Notes: generated by a model from the letters alone, not told the origin. Counted from the first letter of the stretch, positions 1 to 7,885 are shown. The stretch: DNA of 12,113 nucleotides from Oligoflexales bacterium (GCA_044236265.1 JBIIGV010000083.1:1-12113); one strand, 5' to 3'. A program made the numbers and translations.

Positions 1-2170
1 TGTGGGCTAGCAGTCTTAATTCGATTTGTGAGTAATCGGCAGAAACAATTAGTCGGTTGGGGGAAGGTGCGCTAAATGCCTTTCTAATCTCTCGTCCCTC
101 GTCCTTTCTGATCGGTATATTCTGGAGATTAGGATCGCTGGAACTGAGTCGGCCTGTTGCGGTTCCCGTTTGATGAAAGTTTGTGTGAATACGCCCCGTC
201 TTTTGACTGATCAGTTGAGGGAGTGTGTCAACATAGGTGTTTTTTAGCTTGGTAACCGTCCGATATTCCAAAATAGCGCGCGGGAGAGAATGTTCAGCCA
301 TTGACTCGAGGACTGATACATCCGTTGAGTAGCCAGTTTTTGTCTTTTTTAACCGTGTAAGTCCAAGTTTGGTGTGGATGGCAAGCTTTTCGAAAAGTAT
401 TTGCTGAAGTTGCTTGGTGCTATTTATGTTAAATGTTTCACCGGCCTCGTTATAGATAGTTTGTTCCAGGTCTTTAGCGCGGCGATCCAGCTTGGTTGAT
501 ATTTCTGCCAAGGCGTCTGCGTCGACGTAAACACCGGTTTGTTCCATCTTTCCAATAATTGGTGCAAGGGGCACTTCGATCGTTGCATAGACCTCATAAA
601 GGTTTTCTTCGTGCAGCCGTTTCAGTAAATGTTCATTCAGCCTGAGGACAATGTCTGCGTCTTCGCAGGCATACGCCGTTAAATCATCCAGTGGGACATC
701 GATCATAGGGGTTTGATATTTAGGCCCCATCAGTGCGGTAGTGGGTGTTTTTTTGAAGTGGAGCTGTTCAAGTGCACAAAAGTCCAGGCCGTGCTCGCGC
801 GATAGTGGATTGATGACATAGCTCGCCAGCATCGTGTCCCCGAAAGGTCCGACAACAGGGATGTCAATATTACGGAGCATCTGAATGTCAAACTTCAAAT
901 TATGCGCGATCTTTGTCTTATTTTTATCTGCGAAAATTGGCCTTAGTTGATCTTTGATGAAGTCAGGTGTTACCCAACCAGTAAGATGCTTGGTGACGAG
1001 GGGGATATAATAGGCGGAGCCAGATTTAAACGATACACTTAAGCCAATCGGAACATCAGTCGTTCGGTCCAAACCGGTCGTTTCAGTGTCGAAACTAAAC
1101 GTGGTGCAATCCTTAAGTTGCTGTACAACTTTTAAAATGAGTTCTGCCGTGTTGGCGAGTATGTAGTCTGATCCAAGTTTGTCTTTGCTGCCATTGTTAG
1201 GCAGATCGTTTGTTAAGTTGGAGTTTGAATCTATTTCCTGCTTAGGCGAAGGGCTAATAGTAGATGATTGGGGTCGGTCGCCCGCAGTTAATTTATCTTT
1301 GATTTTGGTGGTTAAACCGCGGAATTCAAGCCTGGTAAATAAGTCTAGCAGCTTTTCATTGGCAAGAGCGTCATCATTGAGCCGCATTTCTGATTCTAGC
1401 ACGTCGAGTGGAATATCAGTTTTTATGGTAACGAGCTCGCGTGACAAAAACGCATTATCTTTGTCCGCCTGAAGCGCATTTTTCAATTTTGCATTCGATA
1501 CTTTTTCAATATTCCCATAGATGCCCTCAAGTGACCCGTACTCGGCAATCAGTTTTGCTGCCCCTTTGTCTCCGATGCCGTGGACTCCGGGAACATTGTC
1601 TGAAGTGTCTCCGATCAGTGCGAGCACTTCAATGACCTGTTCCGGTTTGCAGCCAAATTTATCATGAACACCTTGATGACCAACGATCAGCGACGGCTCA
1701 TTTTTTTTGGGAGCGTAGAGGTATACAGTCGAGTTGATAAGTTGCATGAAGTCTTTGTCGCCAGAGACAATAAAACAGTGCATGTCATCGCGAGCAAATT
1801 TTTTGCAAATGGATCCGATCAGATCATCCGCCTCCATTCCAGGCTGTCTTAAAACAGGAATACCCATGGCCGAAAACAACTCAAAAAAATACGGTAGCTG
1901 ATCTGCCAAGTCCTGCGGCATTTCCGAGCGATTCGCTTTGTACTGTGGGTAAATTTCGTGGCGAAATGTTTTTTCTTTGCTATCGGTGGCAACAATCACC
2001 AAGTCCGGTTTTTCGTCCTCAATGAGCTTCATCATGAACATTGCGCTGCCGAACACAGCTGACGTGTGAATTCCACTGGAAGTCATCAAAGGGCGTTGGC
2101 CAAATGCATGATAATTACGGAAAGCCATGGCCATGGCATCAATTATGAAAAGTTTCTTCGGAGATCCCAT
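1..2170 (-). CDS. polA: DNA polymerase I, 3' end truncated by the window edge; 5' nuclease, 3'-5' exonuclease and start of the polymerase domain present
   Basis: Manual minus-strand translation from ATG at 2170 (MGSPKKLFIIDAMAMAFRNYHA...) is open to the edge; frame checked at 1600, 1090 and 4. 5' nuclease motifs FRHEIYPQYKANR, EADDLIGS, SGDKD, GDTSDNVPGVHGIGDKGA. Exo motifs FDTETTGLD, HNLKFD, YACEDAD. Polymerase motifs TATGRLSSSDPNLQNIP and motif A ADYSQIELRLLAH at the edge. Confidence 0.98.
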   Translation of the reverse strand, partial: MGSPKKLFIIDAMAMAFRNYHAFGQRPLMTSSGIHTSAVFGSAMFMMKLIEDEKPDLVIVATDSKEKTFRHEIYPQYKANRSEMPQDLADQLPYFFELFSAMGIPVLRQPGMEADDLIGSICKKFARDDMHCFIVSGDKDFMQLINSTVYLYAPKKNEPSLIVGHQGVHDKFGCKPEQVIEVLALIGDTSDNVPGVHGIGDKGAAKLIAEYGSLEGIYGNIEKVSNAKLKNALQADKDNAFLSRELVTIKTDIPLDVLESEMRLNDDALANEKLLDLFTRLEFRGLTTKIKDKLTAGDRPQSSTISPSPKQEIDSNSNLTNDLPNNGSKDKLGSDYILANTAELILKVVQQLKDCTTFSFDTETTGLDRTTDVPIGLSVSFKSGSAYYIPLVTKHLTGWVTPDFIKDQLRPIFADKNKTKIAHNLKFDIQMLRNIDIPVVGPFGDTMLASYVINPLSREHGLDFCALEQLHFKKTPTTALMGPKYQTPMIDVPLDDLTAYACEDADIVLRLNEHLLKRLHEENLYEVYATIEVPLAPIIGKMEQTGVYVDADALAEISTKLDRRAKDLEQTIYNEAGETFNINSTKQLQQILFEKLAIHTKLGLTRLKKTKTGYSTDVSVLESMAEHSLPRAILEYRTVTKLKNTYVDTLPQLISQKTGRIHTNFHQTGTATGRLSSSDPNLQNIPIRKDEGREIRKAFSAPSPNRLIVSADYSQIELRLLAH

Positions 2171-2181
2171 CAAATTTGCTT

Positions 2182-2610
2182 TCACTTTTTGTCCTTGGCT
2201 ACGGCGATCGCTTTCATCTCAATGAGATTTAGTCCGGGAAGCTCTTTGACGGCGATCGTCGTTCTGGTCGGGGGAGGAGTTACCTCATTAAAAAACTCGT
2301 TCCATACTTTATTCATGATCGGGAACTGGTCTGTCATACTTGTGAGGAACACCTGAATATCGATAATCTGATGTTTGGTTAGTCCCTGAGCGGCCAGGAC
2401 GGCATCGATGTTTCTAAAAACCCCGCGGACCTGAGCTTCAAAGTCAATTGTGGTGACATTTCCGCTTTTATCGAATGTCACCCCCGCCCACACATCTGTT
2501 TCCGGATCCCGGCAACCTTGTCCCGCAATAAAGACAAGGTGGCCAGCTTGTCTGGCATGGCTGTAGTGGGCGAGTGGTTTGGTTAAATTTTCTTTGGATT
2601 CGGTTGCCAT
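2182..2610 (-). CDS. Rid (YjgF/YER057c/UK114) family imine/enamine deaminase, possibly 2-aminomuconate deaminase-like
   Basis: 142 aa with YSHARQAGHLVFIAGQ, FEAQVRGVFRNIDAVL, MNKVWNEFF, PPTRTTIAV (catalytic Arg) and LIEMKAIA (conserved Glu). Stop lies 11 nt before the polA ATG. Confidence 0.92.
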   Translation of the reverse strand: MATESKENLTKPLAHYSHARQAGHLVFIAGQGCRDPETDVWAGVTFDKSGNVTTIDFEAQVRGVFRNIDAVLAAQGLTKHQIIDIQVFLTSMTDQFPIMNKVWNEFFNEVTPPPTRTTIAVKELPGLNLIEMKAIAVAKDKK

Positions 2611-2639
2611 CCTGCGTTTTCCATTCCTTTTGAGCGTCT

Positions 2640-2670
2640 GGTCATGGATTTGATCGATCAGTTAATGACC
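2640..2670. promoter_or_regulatory. Imperfect 31-bp palindrome, candidate operator upstream of rid-polA
   Basis: GGTCAT-GGATT-TGATCGATCA-GTTA-ATGACC: 6-bp perfect outer arms around a perfect 10-bp central palindrome, 30 bp upstream of the Rid start. Confidence 0.4.
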
Positions 2671-2740
2671 TTATTCTCCATGTGTCCACCAAAAAGAGCG
2701 TGGGCGCGAACTTCAGCTGCAGCCAGGAGCAGGACGGTGT

Positions 2741-2770
2741 TTGACACGCGCTGCGGTATCTGGTTCTAAT
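2741..2770 (+). promoter_or_regulatory. Candidate sigma70 promoter for the secreted hypothetical (and possibly the OPT gene)
   Basis: TTGACA (2741-2746), 18-nt spacer, TCTAAT (2765-2770). Confidence 0.55.
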
Positions 2771-2823
2771 GTCTCGTCAGGACTGCTATTTTGACCAAAA
2801 AAGAAGCAATCAAGGGAGTTGCC

Positions 2824-3771
2824 GTGAGTAAGAATTGCACAAGCTGGATTGCATCCATATTTTTGATTTTTCTTTCCTGTCTGCTAATGACCGCAAAACT
2901 TCAGGCCGCAGACGCTGCAGTAAAAGGCAAGGATGACGGGCCTGCGGCCGCGTCTTGGTCTGAATTGAATGTTGAGAAGCGCTGTGAAGGACTTCTCAAA
3001 TTTTTCAATGAGCAGTCAGTGGCAAACACTCCCGATTGGAAAATGATTAAGCCTCAGTGCGTGATCTCTGGAAGTGTAGATAAAGACACATCATGGTCAT
3101 TTGAGGCTAGTTGGCAACGCGGTGCAAAGGCGCTTCCGCTGCGGTTTGTGGTGTCTGAGACGCGTCTGCAGAAACCGCGAACATCCTGGTGTGTCATTAA
3201 GGGAAAGAAGTCCGGCTGTGCCTCGCCGTGGGAGAACTCATTTACGACCGGTGATCTTTTCGTAAAAAAAGAGGAGGCCCTTGCTGCGTTTCAAGGAGTT
3301 ATCAAAATGTCCCAAGGTTTTTTAGGCATGGCGACAAAGCTCGACGAATGGGTGAGTAAACCAGGTGGCGATTACAAGATTTTTGATTTGACTTATGCAG
3401 AATGGGTAAAAGCATGGTCTAAGTCGACTCGCTCGCTTCCCGTTAAAAAGGAAATTTTCAAATCTGACTTCAAAGCTGATGGCGAGGGAGCGTTGACCGG
3501 ATTAGTGATTCCCAAGGAGCAGATTCCAGCGGAGCTTAGAGAGTGCCTGGGTTGTGCAAAAACACCCTGTGAAAAGGCGCCTATTTCGTTTGTATTTTGG
3601 GGCTTGGGTCTGACTATTTCTCGTGAAACGACGCCTGATGAGCGCCAAGCAAGCGGCCAGAAGTCTGGACGCGCATCTTGGGTCATGCTTGAACCAACAC
3701 CGTTCGTTGGCGGCGAACCAAAATGGCCATTTATGTGTGGAGCTCACCGTATGAGTATTCAGAAGTTATAA
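2824..3771 (+). CDS. Hypothetical secreted Cys-rich protein
   Basis: Long ORF (track 2791..3771). In-frame GTG at 2824 follows AAGGGAG and gives a signal-peptide-like N-terminus (MSKNCTSWIASIFLIFLSCLLMTAKLQA/AD). Eight Cys in the predicted mature part. No family recognised. Confidence 0.75.
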   Translation: MSKNCTSWIASIFLIFLSCLLMTAKLQAADAAVKGKDDGPAAASWSELNVEKRCEGLLKFFNEQSVANTPDWKMIKPQCVISGSVDKDTSWSFEASWQRGAKALPLRFVVSETRLQKPRTSWCVIKGKKSGCASPWENSFTTGDLFVKKEEALAAFQGVIKMSQGFLGMATKLDEWVSKPGGDYKIFDLTYAEWVKAWSKSTRSLPVKKEIFKSDFKADGEGALTGLVIPKEQIPAELRECLGCAKTPCEKAPISFVFWGLGLTISRETTPDERQASGQKSGRASWVMLEPTPFVGGEPKWPFMCGAHRMSIQKL

Positions 3772-3838
3772 AACCGGTGGTGTTCCACAACTTATTTTTT
3801 AATTCAAGAATTGCGACGCGCAGAAGCGGAGACCTCTA

Positions 3839-5713
3839 ATGACAATTAAGCAGCTGACCGATGAACAGATCCGAACGATGACTCTGGAGGAGAAGGATCG
3901 TTGGTGGCTGGAAAATTGTTACCGAGGTGATATGCCTCAGCTCACCTTACGATCAGCTCTTACTGGAATGATCATCGGCGGTGTTCTAAGCGTCACAAAC
4001 TTGTACGTTGGAATAAAGACGGGGTGGACACTTGGGATCGGCATTACATCGGTAGTCCTGGCTTTTGCTTTTTTCAAGCTACTGTCGCGAGTTGGTTGGG
4101 GGCAGGAAATAACCATTCTTGAAAATAACGCGATGCAGTCGATCGCAACCTCTGCTGGGTATATGACGGCCCCGCTGATTTCGTCGATTTCCGCTTACAT
4201 GGTTGTGACTAATTCTATGATCCCCCAGTATCAAACTATCGTTTGGATCTCGCTTTTGTCGCTGATGGGTGTGTTTTTTGCGTTTCCGCTTAAAAAACGT
4301 TTTATCAATGACGAGCAGTTGCCCTTTCCGGAAGGACGGGCTGCAGGCGTTGTCATGTCAAACCTTCACTCATCAGATGGTGGAAAAGATGGGATCTTAA
4401 AAGCTCAGATTCTTATTTTCGGCGCGCTGATCAGTGCAACCGTAGAGTTGTTTCGTAGTGAAAAAATTATGGAGCATCTTCGGATTAAGTTTTTGATGCT
4501 TCCCGAGCATTGGGACGATTTTATCTACAAGTTTATGACGCCAAAGATATTGGGAACGCCACTTAAAGATTTGACGATTCGATGGGAGTCATCACTCGTG
4601 ATGATGGCCACGGGTGGTCTGATGGGAATCAAGGTGGGCGCCTCGCTACTCCTTGGCGCCATCATAAATTATTGTTTTCTAGTTCCCTGGGCCTTGTCGG
4701 AGGGGATCATTGCTTCGGCAAGCTATAAACAGATCAATATGTGGCTTCTTTGGGGCGGAGTGGCCATGATGACGACATCATCGCTTTATGCTTTTTTTGC
4801 GAAACCAGACATCATTTTGGCAGCATTCAAGAGAAAGAATACTGTGAAGGAAAAGGACATTCTTCACGACATTGAGTTGCCCGTTTCAATCTCATTAATC
4901 GGAATTCCCATCACTGGTCTCATCATGATGTGGCTTGGTCAAATATGGTTTAACATCGAATGGTGGGTCTCTCTCATCGCTATACCACTTGTTTTTGTGT
5001 TCACATTGATCGCGGTAACATCTACTGGACTCACAGCGATTACTCCGGGTGGTGCTTTAGGCAAGCTCACACAATTGACCTTTGCCATCATAAAGCCGGG
5101 AGACATGGGAACCAACATCATGACCGCCGGAATCAACGGCGAGGTCGCTCTCAATGCGTCAAATCTTTTGATGGACATAAAACCTGGTTATATGTTGGGT
5201 GGAAAGCCTCGGCACCAGGCAATTGGACACTGTCTAGGGATCATCGCTGGAGCCATTGTGGCGGTCCCGGTTTTTTACCTTCTGATTCAAAATGATATTT
5301 CCAGAATCACCTCAGCGTCACTTCCAATGCCCGGGGCGAGTATTTGGATTGCAGTTGCTGAGGTTTTGGCTAAGGGGCTTTCTGTTTTGCCTGATTCCAC
5401 CCGCATCGCTGTGGTGATTGGAGCTTTAGTTGGCATACTCATTGAGTTTTTGAATCGGAGATCACAAGGTCGTTTCCCAATTTCTGCCATGGGACTTGGT
5501 CTATCCTTTGTATTAAAGTTTTCGGATTGCTGGGCTATGGCAGCAGGAAGTCTTTTCTTCTGGTTTATGTCTCGTCATTTCGGCGAACGTGCCGATTCGA
5601 AAATGTCGGCCATTTTCAGGGACAATCAGGAGACTCTCTGCGCCGGCGTGATCGCCGGAGGATCAATCATGGGGATTGTGCTCATCATTATGGAGACCAT
5701 CGTCCTGGCCTAG
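3839..5713 (+). CDS. OPT (oligopeptide transporter / YSL) family membrane transporter
   Basis: 624 aa, highly hydrophobic multi-TM protein. OPT-type motifs QLTLRS, NLYVGIKTG, ENNAMQSIATSAG, LPFPEGRA, DIKPGYMLGGKPR. GGAG RBS upstream. Confidence 0.93.
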   Translation: MTIKQLTDEQIRTMTLEEKDRWWLENCYRGDMPQLTLRSALTGMIIGGVLSVTNLYVGIKTGWTLGIGITSVVLAFAFFKLLSRVGWGQEITILENNAMQSIATSAGYMTAPLISSISAYMVVTNSMIPQYQTIVWISLLSLMGVFFAFPLKKRFINDEQLPFPEGRAAGVVMSNLHSSDGGKDGILKAQILIFGALISATVELFRSEKIMEHLRIKFLMLPEHWDDFIYKFMTPKILGTPLKDLTIRWESSLVMMATGGLMGIKVGASLLLGAIINYCFLVPWALSEGIIASASYKQINMWLLWGGVAMMTTSSLYAFFAKPDIILAAFKRKNTVKEKDILHDIELPVSISLIGIPITGLIMMWLGQIWFNIEWWVSLIAIPLVFVFTLIAVTSTGLTAITPGGALGKLTQLTFAIIKPGDMGTNIMTAGINGEVALNASNLLMDIKPGYMLGGKPRHQAIGHCLGIIAGAIVAVPVFYLLIQNDISRITSASLPMPGASIWIAVAEVLAKGLSVLPDSTRIAVVIGALVGILIEFLNRRSQGRFPISAMGLGLSFVLKFSDCWAMAAGSLFFWFMSRHFGERADSKMSAIFRDNQETLCAGVIAGGSIMGIVLIIMETIVLA

Positions 5714-5720
5714 GCTAAAT

Positions 5721-5838
5721 AGGACAGTTAGGTTGGCATGGTGAACAAAGACAGGCCACTGTCTAGGGTGTTCACTTAAAACGTCACGAAACCGCTGTGA
5801 ATTTGCTTATTTTGTGGTCATGCCAATGCCTGAATCCT
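5721..5838. other. Nested inverted repeats, candidate branched RNA structure in the OPT-gltA intergenic region
   Basis: Pairings read by eye: AGGA/TCCT, TTAGG/CCTGA, TTGGCATG (5733-5740)/CATGCCAA (5819-5826), GTGAACA (5741-5747)/TGTTCAC (5769-5775), AGACAG (5749-5754)/CTGTCT (5759-5764), TCACG/TGTGA. Confidence 0.45.
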
Positions 5839-5963
5839 CGATGTGGCGCGTCCTCTGACTTCGTTACGAGTTTGCTCTAAGTCATTATTTCCAGTAGCAT
5901 ATAGGCGAGTTTGAACACTGATATTTGTTTCGGAAGAAATCTTACTTTTTGCAGAGGTTGATC

Positions 5964-7253
5964 ATGAGCGGAATGGGCGAAATCATTCTAGATGGAAAAT
6001 CCTACAAGCTACCTGTCCTCGTTGGTACTGAAAAAGAGAAGGCTGTAGATATCACAAAACTTCGCCAAGATAGCGGCTACATCACTCTCGATTCTGGTTA
6101 TGGCAACACCGGCGCTTGCAAGTCTGCGATCACGTTTATCGATGGTGACTTAGGAATTCTTCGCTACCGAGGCATCCCAATTGAAGAACTTGCGGACAAG
6201 AGTGATTTTGTTGAGACCTCTTACCTGTTGATCTACGGTCAGCTTCCTAATCGCACGCAGCGTGAGGAGTTCCGTAATCTGCTCAGTGGTCATGCGATGA
6301 TTCATGAAGGGATGATTAAGTTCTTTGATGGATATCCAACCACGGCCCATCCAATGGCAATTTTGTCAGCGATGGTTTGCTCGTTGTCCAGCTACTATCC
6401 AGAGCACCTTGATCCGAATGACCCCACCCAGGTGAACCACTTGGTGCCTCGCCTTCTTTCCAAGATGCGCACCATTGCGGCTTACTCATATAAGAAGTCC
6501 AAAGGTCAGCCGGTGATCTACCCAAAATCTGATCTAGATTACTGCTCTAACTTTCTGCGCATGATGTTTGCAACTCCTGCAGAGGAATATCAGATCGATC
6601 CTGATATGGTTAAGGCATTGAACGTACTTTTGATCCTTCATGCTGACCACGAGCAGAACTGTTCAACCTCTACGGTGCGTTTGGTGGGATCGTCTGATGC
6701 TAACCTTTTTGCATCGATTGCAGCTGGAATTTGTGCTCTTTGGGGTCCAAAGCACGGCGGTGCAAACCAGGAAGTCGTTGAAATGCTCCAGCTCATCGAA
6801 AAAGAAAAAGTTCCAGTGAAGGAGATCGTTCGCCGCGCGAAAGACAAAAATAGCGGATTCCGCTTGATGGGCTTTGGTCATCGCGTTTACAAGAACTTCG
6901 ACCCTCGCGCTAAAGTGATCAAGACCTACTGCGACAAATTACTGGCGAAGAAGGGCATCAAAGATCCTCTACTTGATATTGCGAAGGAGCTTGAGGAGGC
7001 GGCGTTGTCCGATGACTTCTTCAAGGAACGCAAGCTGTATCCAAACGTAGACTTTTACTCTGGCGTCATTTACCGCGCTATGGGTATCCCGACAGACATG
7101 TTTACCGTAATGTTTGCTTTGGGTCGTCTGCCTGGATGGATTGCTCACTGGATCGAGATGCATCGTGATGGTGATGGTCGAATTGGTCGTCCTCGTCAGG
7201 TGTATGTAGGGGATACTCAGCGTCCTTACATTCCAATGGATCAACGTAAATAA
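5964..7253 (+). CDS. gltA: Citrate synthase (type II, Gram-negative-like)
   Basis: Motifs ITFIDGDLGILRYRG, AHPMAILS, ILHADHEQNCST, LWGPKHGGAN, RLMGFGHRVYKNFDPRA, LYPNVDFYSG, IGRPRQVY. The ATG at 5964 follows GAGG and is preferred over the track's TTG at 5925. Confidence 0.98.
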   Translation: MSGMGEIILDGKSYKLPVLVGTEKEKAVDITKLRQDSGYITLDSGYGNTGACKSAITFIDGDLGILRYRGIPIEELADKSDFVETSYLLIYGQLPNRTQREEFRNLLSGHAMIHEGMIKFFDGYPTTAHPMAILSAMVCSLSSYYPEHLDPNDPTQVNHLVPRLLSKMRTIAAYSYKKSKGQPVIYPKSDLDYCSNFLRMMFATPAEEYQIDPDMVKALNVLLILHADHEQNCSTSTVRLVGSSDANLFASIAAGICALWGPKHGGANQEVVEMLQLIEKEKVPVKEIVRRAKDKNSGFRLMGFGHRVYKNFDPRAKVIKTYCDKLLAKKGIKDPLLDIAKELEEAALSDDFFKERKLYPNVDFYSGVIYRAMGIPTDMFTVMFALGRLPGWIAHWIEMHRDGDGRIGRPRQVYVGDTQRPYIPMDQRK

Positions 7254-7275
7254 TCAAGCTGCGCAAGCAATAGAT

Positions 7276-7310
7276 CCCCGGAGAGCTTCGGCCTCCGGGG
7301 TTTTATTTTT
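7276..7310 (+). terminator. Rho-independent terminator after gltA, between convergent genes
   Basis: CCCCGGAG-A-GC-TTCG-GC-CTCCGGGG followed by TTTTATTTTT; cUUCGg tetraloop. Confidence 0.88.
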
Positions 7311-7728
7311 GCCAAAATGGGACTTTTGATGGTGACGATCCTCGAACTTTTGGGTCGTGTTCTTTGGTAAGCTGTTGCGAAAAGTTATCTAAAAATCTGG
7401 AAAAAACAGCGGATCTCCGTTTTGGAGGATCCGCTACCTCTGGACGTTCAAATGTAATCGCAAGATAGCTGGCGCGCAGCTGAAGTGTGACGAGCCCAGT
7501 CCGAGGCATTGCCTCGATACTATCGAAGCGTAACTCGCAGTAGCGGGATGCAACGAGTTTTGCTGCTTGTGTTCCGAGGGTTCTCGGGTCTGCACCCATG
7601 ATTTTGATGGGGACTCCTCCCACGGGTCGGCCGGAGATTTCCTCTCGGATACGACAAATATAAAAGTCCATGAATTGGTTTTGCGCTATGTGATCAGAAA
7701 GTGTCCCAGTCGTACCGTTATCTGACAT
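7303..7728 (-). CDS. Hypothetical protein (141 aa)
   Basis: In-frame ATG at 7728 with AAGGAG 9 nt upstream. Stop abuts the gltA terminator. No family recognised. Confidence 0.7.
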   Translation of the reverse strand: MSDNGTTGTLSDHIAQNQFMDFYICRIREEISGRPVGGVPIKIMGADPRTLGTQAAKLVASRYCELRFDSIEAMPRTGLVTLQLRASYLAITFERPEVADPPKRRSAVFSRFLDNFSQQLTKEHDPKVRGSSPSKVPFWQK

Positions 7729-7830
7729 CGTCTGCGTCTCCTTATCCAACAATCAGTTACGTCGTGACGGTATCAGAAAGAGGAACTGACCTGGGCGGAC
7801 TTTCTCTTTTTGCACTAAAAAGTGCGACAG

Positions 7831-7869
7831 CGCTCCCCGGAGTCGTGAAAGGCGTGTTCTCCAGGGGCG
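7831..7869. repeat. GC-rich hairpin sharing its stem sequence with the gltA terminator
   Basis: CGCTCCCCGGAG-N16-CTCCAGGGGCG. TCCCCGGAG occurs at both 7834-7842 and 7275-7283. Confidence 0.45.
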
Positions 7870-7885
7870 AATCAAGTGAATTTAT

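Noticed and set aside
1179..2356. Plus-strand ORFs 1179..1472, 1441..1635, 1664..1852 and 2066..2356
   Set aside because: They are antisense shadows of polA and the rid gene with no recognisable motifs. The track missed polA only because its stop lies outside the window.
2658..2681. Seven-codon minus-strand ORF (MENKVIN) upstream of the rid gene as a leader peptide
   Set aside because: No regulatory codon run and no convincing RBS or attenuator; an ORF this short is expected by chance.
5721..5900. 6S RNA or known riboswitch identity for the OPT-gltA intergenic structure
   Set aside because: Only a short CTTAAAAC resemblance to E. coli 6S RNA. The branched fold does not match the 6S rod with a central bubble, and I see no known aptamer consensus. 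Kept only as an unnamed structure.
3393..7244. Short alternative-frame and antisense ORFs inside the secreted protein, OPT and gltA genes
   Set aside because: All are nested in well-supported longer CDSs and lack motifs or RBS support.
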